A stretch of 13,302 bases of DNA from Candidatus Methylomirabilota bacterium (GTDB lineage: Bacteria > Methylomirabilota > Methylomirabilia > Rokubacteriales > CSP1-6): NCBI GenBank assembly GCA_046726415.1, contig JBKPAK010000279.1, positions 1 to 13,302 on the forward strand. The letters are read 5' to 3'. Both the position numbers and the translations under genes were made by a program. The notes below the pieces were generated by a model, which did no database searches, was not told the DNA's origin, and saw nothing but the letters and a program-made list of their open reading frames with translations. Below, piece after piece: positions 1 through 6,895 of the stretch; the stretch's first letter is position 1, and each line of letters opens with the position of its first letter.

Positions 1-413
1 ACATTCTCGTGCAGGCGCTCCGGCTCCACGCTGCCGGCACGCCGTGCGCGACGGCGCAGGCCACCACGCTGCGCGAGCGGCTGGTCAAGGTCGCGGGGTG
101 GGTCACGCAGTCGGTGCGCCGCATCGTGCTGCACTTTCCGATATCGTTTTCGTGGCAGCCCGAGTGGTGGCAGATCGCCTGCGCGGTCGGCGCGCGGCCC
201 TGATGCAGTCCCGCTCGTCACGCCTGATCGATCCCGGGATAGGTGTCGATGTCGAGCCCCCCGCTCCATCCGTGCCGAGCGCGCCGGCGTGTCAACCGCT
301 GGCCCCCTGAACGAATGGTCGCGGGGTCGGCATGTGATGAGCCCAAATAGTGGCTCCAGAGTCGATTGCAGCCGCCTCCGGCGTCGAGCGCGTGTCTTCA
401 CGCATAAAGCGGG
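1..413 (+). mobile_element. IS1380-family insertion sequence, right part (left end outside window)
   Basis: Transposase C-terminus (3-203), then about 200 bp non-coding, ending in TTCACGCATAAAGCGGG (397-413), which resembles IS1380-family GGG termini. It is followed by CTAG and an abrupt switch into hsdS coding sequence. Confidence 0.75.
3..203 (+). CDS. IS1380-family transposase (DDE_Tnp_1_4-like), C-terminal fragment, 5' truncated by window
   Basis: The frame is open from the window edge. ILVQALR...AQATTLRERLVKVAGWVTQSVRRIVLHFP matches the typical IS1380 transposase C-terminal pattern TLRxxLxKxxAxVxxSxRRIxLHxP. Confidence 0.8.
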   Translation: MLVQALRLHAAGTPCATAQATTLRERLVKVAGWVTQSVRRIVLHFPISFSWQPEWWQIACAVGARP

Positions 414-417
414 CTAG
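397..417 (+). repeat. Putative right terminal inverted repeat of the IS (397-413) plus CTAG target site (414-417)
   Basis: Lies exactly at the boundary where the hsdS reading frame resumes. The partner repeat is not in the window, so the boundary is inferred. Confidence 0.55.
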
Positions 418-491
418 AGCGCCTCAAGGAGCTGCGAACCGCGCTCATCTCCGCCGCGGTGACGGGCAAGATCGACGTGCGCGCCGCGTGA
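414..491 (+). pseudogene. hsdS: 3' end of type I restriction-modification specificity subunit, separated from its 5' part by the IS
   Basis: Manual translation gives LERLKELRTALISAAVTGKIDVRAA*, the characteristic HsdS C-terminal conserved helix (LxExRxALIxxAVTGKIDVR). It lies upstream of hsdR on the same strand and is not in the ORF track. Confidence 0.85.
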
Positions 492-516
492 GCCGCCCCT
501 CGAAGGCCGGCCTGGG

Positions 517-560
517 ACCATGAAAATAGAACTCTAGACTTTAGATTTTCATGGTACGGT
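517..560 (+). promoter_or_regulatory. AT-rich palindromic operator overlapping a putative extended -10 promoter
   Basis: Perfect 11-bp inverted repeat ACCATGAAAAT (517-527) / ATTTTCATGGT (545-555) with a 17-bp spacer. TGgTACGGT (552-560) fits TGnTAnnnT and ends 7 nt before the GTG at 567. Confidence 0.65.
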
Positions 561-566
561 CGGGGC

Positions 567-1739
567 GTGATCCAGCGGACGCGGCGGCTGGCCGAGCTGC
601 GCGCCGCCTTGAAGCGGGCCCGCGTCACCGCGCTGATCGGGCCGCGCCAGGCGGGGAAGACCACCCTCGCCCGCGCGATCGTTCCGCCGGGCTCGCCGAC
701 CTACTTCGACCTGGAGGACCCCCGGGCGCTGGCGCGCCTGGCCGAGCCGATGACGGCCCTGGCTCCGCTGCGCGGCCTGGTGGTCATCGACGAGATCCAG
801 CGGCGGCCCGACCTCTTCCCAATCCTGCGCGTGCTGGCCGATCGGCGCCCCCTCCCCTTGCGCTTCCTCATCCTGGGCAGTGCGACGCCCGAGCTGTTGC
901 GGCAGTCCTCGGAGACCTTGGCGGGGCGACTGGAAACGATCACCCTGACCGGCCTCGGCCTGGACGAGGTCGGCCCGGGCGCGCTCGGCCGGCTGTGGCG
1001 CAGGGGCGGCTTCCCACCCGCCTACCTCGCCCGGTCGGAGCAGGCCAGCTATGTCTGGCGCCAGCAGCTCGTCCAGACCTTCCTCGAGCGGGACCTGCCC
1101 CAGCTCGGAATCTCGATCCCGGCGGCCACGATGCTGCGCTTCTGGACGATGCTGGCGCATTACCATGGAGGCGTGTGGAACGCGGCCGAGGCCGCCCGCT
1201 CGCTCGGGGTGTCGGAGCCGACGGCCCGCCGCTATCTCGACCTGCTTTCGGGGCTCTTCATGGTGCGGCAGCTCCAGCCCTGGCACGCGAACCTCGGCAA
1301 GCGCCAGGTCAAGGCGCCGAAAGTCTACGTGCGCGATAGCGGCCTCCTGCACGCGCTCCTTGGGCTCGTCCGGGAGCGCGATGTCCTGTCGCACCCCAAG
1401 GCCGGCGGCTCGTGGGAGGGGTTCGCGATCGAGGAGGCCATCGAACGCGTGCGGCCGGATGCGGCCTACTTCTGGGCCACCCACACCGGCGCCGAGCTGG
1501 ATCTGCTGCTCATGAAGGGCAGCCGGCGTTACGGCGTGGAGGTCAAGTTCCAGGACGCCCCGCGGGTCACCCCCTCTATGCGCATCGCCCTGGCAGACTT
1601 GCAGCTGCACCATCTGACGGTCCTCTACCCGGGCGACCAGCGCTATCCGCTGGATCCGTACATCACCGTCGTGCCCCTGGCCGATCTTGCGTCTGACCCA
1701 GGCGTCATCACGCCGACCACGCGAGGGCGCCGACCATGA
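567..1739 (+). CDS. AAA+ ATPase (AAA_14) with central HTH and C-terminal DUF4143 PD-(D/E)XK-like domain
   Basis: Walker A GPRQAGKTT, Walker B VVIDEIQ, ILGS, ETLAGR, GGFP, HTH-like NAAEAARSLGVSEPTARRYLDLL, KxPKVYxRDSG and nuclease-like ELDLLL...GVEVK; 390 aa. Confidence 0.9.
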   Translation: MIQRTRRLAELRAALKRARVTALIGPRQAGKTTLARAIVPPGSPTYFDLEDPRALARLAEPMTALAPLRGLVVIDEIQRRPDLFPILRVLADRRPLPLRFLILGSATPELLRQSSETLAGRLETITLTGLGLDEVGPGALGRLWRRGGFPPAYLARSEQASYVWRQQLVQTFLERDLPQLGISIPAATMLRFWTMLAHYHGGVWNAAEAARSLGVSEPTARRYLDLLSGLFMVRQLQPWHANLGKRQVKAPKVYVRDSGLLHALLGLVRERDVLSHPKAGGSWEGFAIEEAIERVRPDAAYFWATHTGAELDLLLMKGSRRYGVEVKFQDAPRVTPSMRIALADLQLHHLTVLYPGDQRYPLDPYITVVPLADLASDPGVITPTTRGRRP

Positions 1740-4700
1740 TGGACATCTCCGAACGAAGCTTCGAGGACGCCATCGAGCAGGGACTGCTCCAGTACGGCCC
1801 CGACGCGCTGGCCGCCGCGGGGATGGTGCGCGAGACGCTGTCGCCCTATGGCGACGCGCCGGGCGGCTACCGCCGGCGCCTCCCGGAGGACTACGACCGC
1901 ACGCTTTGCCTGCTCCCGCGCGACGTGGTGGACTTCGTCCTCGCGACCCAGCCTCGGGAGTGGCAGAAGCTGGCCCAGCACCACGGCGCGGCGGTGAAGG
2001 AGCAGTTCCTCGCCCGCCTGGCCGCCGAGATCGGCCGGCGCGGCTCTCTCGACGTGCTGCGCACCGGCATCAAGGACTCGGGCTGCGCCTTCCGCCTCGC
2101 CTACTTCCGGCCGGCGAGCGGACTCAACGAAGAGACGCGGCGCCTGCACGCGGCAAACCTCTTCGCCGCGGTCCGCCAGCTTCGCTACAGCGCGAAGAAC
2201 GAGAAGAGCCTGGATCTCGTGCTCTTCTTGAACGGCATCCCGATCTTCACGGCCGAGCTGAAGAACCGCCTCAACGGCCAGGACGTCGAGGACGCCATGC
2301 GCCAGTACAAGACCGACCGCGATCCGCGCGAGCCGCTGCTGGCATACGGCCGCTGCCTCGCCCACTTCGCGGTGGACCCGGACCTGGTCTTCGCCACCAC
2401 GCAGCTCGCCGGCCCGCGGACGCGCTTCCTGCCGTTCAACCAGGGCAAGTTCGGCGGCGCCGGCAACCCGCCCGTGCCGCCCACGCGCACGGGCTACGCC
2501 ACCGGCTACCTGTGGGAGGAGACGTGGGCGCGCGACAGCGCGCTTGACCTGATCCGCCAGTTCATCCACGAGGTGGAGGAGGACGACCGAGGCCGCAAGA
2601 CCGGCGCCCGCCACCTGATCTTCCCCCGCTACCAGCAGCTCGACGTCGTCCGGCGCCTGGTGTCGGAGGCCCGGGCGGCAGGTGCGGGCGAGCGCTATCT
2701 GATCCAGCACTCCGCTGGGAGCGGCAAGAGCTTTACCATCGCCTGGCTCGCGCATCGGCTCGCCACCTTGCACGACGCCGACCGGCGGGTCTTCGACTCG
2801 ATCGTGGTGGTCACCGACCGGCGGGTCCTGGACCGCCAGCTCCAGACCACCATGCGGCAGTTCGAGCAGACGCTCGGTGTGGTTGAGAACATCGACACCA
2901 CGTCCCGGCAGCTCAAAGAGGCGCTGGAGGCGGGCAAGACCATCATCGTCACCACGCTGCAGAAGTTCCCCGTGATTGCGGGGCAGATCGGCGCGCTGCC
3001 CGGCCAGCGCTTCGCCGTCATCGTTGACGAGGCGCACTCCTCCCAGTCGGGCGAGAGTACGAAAGGCTTGAAGTCGGTGCTCGCCGCGGGGTCGCTGGAG
3101 GAGGCCGAGGCGCAGGAGGCCGGCACCGAAACGCCGGAAGAAGAGCTGGAGAGCGCCGTCTTGGCCGAGATGGAGAAGCGCGGGAGGCTGCCGAACCTCT
3201 CCCTCTTCGCCTTCACCGCCACGCCCAAGCCGAAGACGCTCGAGCTGTTCGGCCGGCGGCGCGAGGACGGGAAGTTCGAGCCCTTCCACCTCTACACGAT
3301 GCGCCAGGCCATCGAGGAGGGGTTCATCCTCGATGTGCTCGCCAGCTACACGACCTACAAGGCGTACTGGCGGCTCCTGAAGACGGTGGAGGACGACCCG
3401 CGCTACGACAAGCAGAAGGCCGCCCATCTTCTCCGCTCCTTCGTGGAGCTGCACCCCCACGCCATCGCCGAGAAGGTGGGGATCTGCGTCGAGCACTTCG
3501 CGGCCCAGGTGCAGGCCGAGATCGGCGGGCTGGCGAAGGCGATGATCGTGACGCGCTCCCGCCGGCACGCTGTGCGGTATCGCCTGGCCGTGGACCGATA
3601 TCTGAAAGAGCGGGGCTATCCGTTCAAGGCCCTCGTCGCGTTCTCCGGCGGGGTCGAGGACGGCGGCCAGTCCTACACCGAGCGCGGCATGAACGGCTTC
3701 CCGGAGACGCAGACCGCCAGGGCCTTCGAGCGGCCGGAGTACCGCTTCCTGATCGTCGCCAACAAGTTCCAGACGGGCTTCGACCAGCCCCTCCTGCACA
3801 CCATGTACGTGGACAAGAAGCTCGGCGGCGTCAACGCGGTGCAGACCCTCTCGCGGCTCAACCGCACCCACCCGCCGGCCAAGACGGGCACCCTGGTGCT
3901 CGACTTCGCCAACGAGGCCGACGAGATCAAGGCCGCCTTCGAGCCCTATTACGAGACGACGCTTCTGTCCGAGGCGACAGATCCGAATCTGCTCTACGAG
4001 ATCCAGAGCCGGCTCGCGGGCTTTCCCGTCCATACCCAGGCCGACGTGGATCGGTTCGCCCGCATCTACTTCGACCGGAAGGCCACGCAGGATCAGCTCT
4101 ACCAGGCCCTCGCGCCGGTGGTCGAGCGCGCCCGGGCGCTCCCCGAGGCCGAGCAGCGCGACTTCCGTGGCCACCTGACCGACTACGTGCGGCTCTACGC
4201 CTTCCTCGCCCAGGTGCTGACGTTCGCCGACGCCGATCTGGAAAAGCTCTACGTGTTCGCGCGCCACCTTCGCCGCCTGCTCCCGGCGGATCGCGCGGAG
4301 CTGCCGCGCGAAGTCCAGCAGAACATCGACATGGAGTCCTACCGGATCCAGCAGACGGGGAGCGGCCGCATCGCGCTGGAGCGGAAGGCCGGGTTGCTCG
4401 ACCCGGTGAGCACCAAGCGCGACCCCAGGCCCCAGCCAGAGGAGCTGGAGGCGCTCTCCCGGATCATCGCCGAGCTGAACGAGCGTTTCGGGCTCAACCT
4501 CGGCCCGGAGCATCGCCTGACCCTCGGCCAGATGATGGAGCGGCTCGATGCCGACCCGGGGCTCGACGCCAGCGCGCGGGTCAACACGCGGGAGAACGTG
4601 CGCCTGACCTTCGACCAGAAGGTCGAGCACGCCATTCAGGACATCGTCGACTCGAACTTCGAGCTCTACCGGCGCATCACCGACGATCCGGCATTCGGCG

Positions 4701-5242
4701 CGGCGGTGAAAAACTTCCTCTTCGACCAGTATCTCCGGGCGCACCGGCAGGCCGACGAGCTGATCAAGCGGGGCGAGTCGAAGACGCTCGAGTTCAAGTC
4801 CACGCTGCGCTGGAGCCTCAAGGATGGGAGGCACGACGACAGGAACGTCACCCACGCGGTCCTCAAGACCGTCGCCGCCTTTCTCAACACCGAGGGCGGG
4901 GACCTCCTCATCGGCGTCGCGGACGACGGCGCGGTCGTCGGCATCGAGCACGACCAGCTCGACACGGACGACAAGTTCATGCGCCATCTGACCCAGGCCG
5001 TGCGCAATGGCCTGGGGGACCGCGCCGGACCGTGCATCGACCCGAACGTCCAGATCGTACAGGGCCGAACGGTCTGCCTGGTGAGCTGCCAGCGCAGCCC
5101 CGAGCCGGTCTTCTTGAAGTGGAAAGGCTTGGAGAGAAGCCCGGACGGCGACTTCTACGTACGTACCGGACCCGGCAGCGTGCGCCTCGCCCCGGACAGC
5201 GCCCGCGAGTACATCCGGACGCGCTTCAGCGCGCGCGGGTGA
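1736..5242 (+). CDS. hsdR: Type I restriction endonuclease R subunit with fused C-terminal AlbA_2/Schlafen domain
   Basis: Nuclease motif DLVLFLNGIPIFTAELKN, Walker A QHSAGSGKS, DEAH box, FTATPK, KFQTGFDQP and QTLSRLNR. The last ~160 aa (about 4760-5239) read GESKTLEFKS...AFLNTEGGDLLIGVADDG...FYVRTGPGS, typical of AlbA_2. ATGA overlap with the upstream stop. Confidence 0.93.
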   Translation: MMDISERSFEDAIEQGLLQYGPDALAAAGMVRETLSPYGDAPGGYRRRLPEDYDRTLCLLPRDVVDFVLATQPREWQKLAQHHGAAVKEQFLARLAAEIGRRGSLDVLRTGIKDSGCAFRLAYFRPASGLNEETRRLHAANLFAAVRQLRYSAKNEKSLDLVLFLNGIPIFTAELKNRLNGQDVEDAMRQYKTDRDPREPLLAYGRCLAHFAVDPDLVFATTQLAGPRTRFLPFNQGKFGGAGNPPVPPTRTGYATGYLWEETWARDSALDLIRQFIHEVEEDDRGRKTGARHLIFPRYQQLDVVRRLVSEARAAGAGERYLIQHSAGSGKSFTIAWLAHRLATLHDADRRVFDSIVVVTDRRVLDRQLQTTMRQFEQTLGVVENIDTTSRQLKEALEAGKTIIVTTLQKFPVIAGQIGALPGQRFAVIVDEAHSSQSGESTKGLKSVLAAGSLEEAEAQEAGTETPEEELESAVLAEMEKRGRLPNLSLFAFTATPKPKTLELFGRRREDGKFEPFHLYTMRQAIEEGFILDVLASYTTYKAYWRLLKTVEDDPRYDKQKAAHLLRSFVELHPHAIAEKVGICVEHFAAQVQAEIGGLAKAMIVTRSRRHAVRYRLAVDRYLKERGYPFKALVAFSGGVEDGGQSYTERGMNGFPETQTARAFERPEYRFLIVANKFQTGFDQPLLHTMYVDKKLGGVNAVQTLSRLNRTHPPAKTGTLVLDFANEADEIKAAFEPYYETTLLSEATDPNLLYEIQSRLAGFPVHTQADVDRFARIYFDRKATQDQLYQALAPVVERARALPEAEQRDFRGHLTDYVRLYAFLAQVLTFADADLEKLYVFARHLRRLLPADRAELPREVQQNIDMESYRIQQTGSGRIALERKAGLLDPVSTKRDPRPQPEELEALSRIIAELNERFGLNLGPEHRLTLGQMMERLDADPGLDASARVNTRENVRLTFDQKVEHAIQDIVDSNFELYRRITDDPAFGAAVKNFLFDQYLRAHRQADELIKRGESKTLEFKSTLRWSLKDGRHDDRNVTHAVLKTVAAFLNTEGGDLLIGVADDGAVVGIEHDQLDTDDKFMRHLTQAVRNGLGDRAGPCIDPNVQIVQGRTVCLVSCQRSPEPVFLKWKGLERSPDGDFYVRTGPGSVRLAPDSAREYIRTRFSARG

Positions 5243-5355
5243 GCGGCAGGATCCAGCCTGCCTCACACACTTGAGGCCCGACCGCCGCCGGCCCGATTCC
5301 GGACATGCCGGCGCCCCTGATCGTGCCCGGTGGAGTCAACGGCGCCGTGCAGGCG

Positions 5356-5922
5356 CTACGCGAAGATCTGGGCGAGGGTGAGGCCTACATCGGGGAAGGC
5401 AGCGGGGCTGACGGTGCCCTCGCCGGTCACGCGAGTGACGTCGCTGTACCCGTCTGCGGTCGGGGCGCGATGCACCTCCACCGCCTCGGCATCGCAGTCA
5501 ACCACCCAGTACTCGGGGACGCCCGCCTCGGCGTACAGCCGGCTCTTGACCGTCCGATCGTACCGGAGCGACGTCTCTGCGACCTCGATGATGAGGAGCA
5601 CGTCGACCGCGGTCGCTTCGGCGTCCTTGTACGGTACGCCGCGGCGGCGCAGCACCTTGAGGTCGGGCTGGGGCTCAGAGTGGGCGGTCACGGCCACCGG
5701 ACTCTGGACGGAGACGATGGCGCGACCAGACAGGCGGACGACGAAGAGCTCGTTCAGATTGTCGACGAAGGCGACGTGCCGGTGGCCAATGGGCGACATC
5801 TCGATGATCTCGCCCCGGATCAGCTCGACCCGGTCGTGAGGCTTGAGAATGCCCGCCTCGCCCATCCGGCGGTACTCCTCCACAGTGAAGAGCCGCCGCG
5901 AATGCTCGATGTCCACGGCCAT
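5356..5922 (-). CDS. Uma2-family (DUF820) putative endonuclease, 188 aa
   Basis: RRLFTVEEYRRM, VELIRGEIIEMSP, EPQPD, LLIIEVA, YAEAGVPEYWVVD. Start reassigned to ATG 5922, which has GGAAGGAG 7 nt upstream. Confidence 0.92.
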   Translation of the reverse strand: MAVDIEHSRRLFTVEEYRRMGEAGILKPHDRVELIRGEIIEMSPIGHRHVAFVDNLNELFVVRLSGRAIVSVQSPVAVTAHSEPQPDLKVLRRRGVPYKDAEATAVDVLLIIEVAETSLRYDRTVKSRLYAEAGVPEYWVVDCDAEAVEVHRAPTADGYSDVTRVTGEGTVSPAAFPDVGLTLAQIFA

Positions 5923-5980
5923 CTTCGTACTCCTTCCCGCGCTGGTGGCGTCTCGTCCTCGCCGGCTCCTCCCATCGATC

Positions 5981-6009
5981 AGCTTATACGCGATCGACGG
6001 GGCCGTCAG
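5981..6009 (-). promoter_or_regulatory. Possible sigma70-type promoter for the Uma2 gene
   Basis: CTGACG-N17-TAAGCT on the minus strand, about 60 nt upstream of ATG 5922. The match is imperfect. Confidence 0.3.
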
Positions 6010-6117
6010 AAAGTCCACAGATCGATACGCCACGTCTTCCAGTCGCCCTGGCGTGATTGGCGGTTGTCCGCGGGAGTTGCCCTTGCTAGGCGGGGCCGCC
6101 TGATGGCGGGAACCTCC

Positions 6118-6132
6118 TGGTCGTGAAATTGC
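6118..6132 (+). promoter_or_regulatory. Possible sigma54 (-24/-12) promoter
   Basis: TGGTCGTGAAATTGC has GG-N10-GC spacing and the TTGC element, about 55 nt upstream of the ABC ATPase ATG at 6189. Confidence 0.35.
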
Positions 6133-6188
6133 CGAATCAAGGGGTCAGCGCGCGGACCCATGGCGCGGACCCGGCGAGTTCGGATGGC

Positions 6189-6722
6189 ATGCCGCTCGTA
6201 TCGTTCCGCGACGTGGAGAAGACCTACCGCTCGCTCCACGGCATCGACTACAAGGCCGTGGAGCACTTCAGCATCGACATCGCGGTCGGGGAATTCTTCT
6301 GCCTCCTCGGGCCCAGCGGGTGCGGCAAGACGATCGTGCTCAAGATGCTGGCCGGCTTCGAGGCCCCCACCGCCGGGGAGGTCCTGATGGAAGGTCGCCC
6401 GGTGGTGGGTCCCGGTCGCGACCGCGGCGTCGTCTTCCAGGGCGATGACTCGCTCTACGGCTGGCTCAGCGCGGCGGAGAACGTCGAATTCGGCCTGCGC
6501 CTGCGACGGGTAGGCAAGGCCGAGAGGCGGGAGCGCGCGTTGCACTACCTGGAGCTGGTCGGTCTCAGGGGTCAGGAGCGAAAGTATCCCGCCGAGCTTT
6601 CCGGAGGCATGAAGCAGCTCAAGCAGCAGGGCAAGCTCACCAAGCCTCTCGACTTCGGCTCCTTCGTGTACCCGGACCTGCTGCGCAAGGTCCAGCCCAC
6701 CAAGGTCAACTACAAGCCGTGA
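6189..6722 (+). pseudogene. Truncated NitT/TauT-type ABC ATPase fused in frame to a probable substrate-binding-protein C-terminus
   Basis: Walker A GPSGCGKT, Q-loop VVFQ and signature LSGGMKQ are present. Walker B, D-loop and H-loop are absent. After about 6618 the sequence becomes LKQQGKLTKPLDFGSFVYPDLLRKV, which resembles SsuA/NMT1-type binding protein tails. Confidence 0.8.
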
Positions 6723-6726
6723 CCGC

Positions 6727-6841
6727 CTACTCCGCCACGGGATCCGCCTGTTCGCGGGCCACCGTGTACCACGGGCAGACCAGGCGCTCGCCGAGCTCGA
6801 CCATGGCGAAGGTGCGTCACGAACAGGATCGTCTTTCGGTC
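6727..6841 (-). pseudogene. Collapsed ABC transporter remnant: ATPase H-loop fragment joined to a permease C-terminus
   Basis: Manual translation: 6841-6812 = DRKTILFVTH (ABC H-loop). One base later, 6810-6727 = FAMVELGERLVCPWYTVAREQADPVAE*, matching the ER-x-x-x-PW tail of NitT/TauT permeases. Confidence 0.65.
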
Positions 6842-6895
6842 GATCAAGCCGCCGCCTGCGCGCGATGGGCGCGGATGGGGAGCCCGACCCCCGCC

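Noticed and set aside
549..1613. 354-aa minus ORF and 262-aa plus ORF (551-1339)
   Set aside because: Both overlap the motif-rich AAA_14/DUF4143 gene and are shadow or Arg/Pro/Gly-rich off-frame translations.
1643..5266. 1207-aa minus-strand ORF
   Set aside because: Antisense shadow of hsdR with no recognisable motifs. Such shadows are expected in high-GC coding DNA.
5245..5277. Two overlapping 6-bp hairpins after hsdR (GGCAGG/CCTGCC and GCCTCA/TGAGGC) as a terminator
   Set aside because: The stems are short, there is no U-tract on either strand, and such stems are plausible by chance in GC-rich DNA.
5305..6126. 273-aa plus ORF
   Set aside because: Antisense to the well-supported Uma2 gene.
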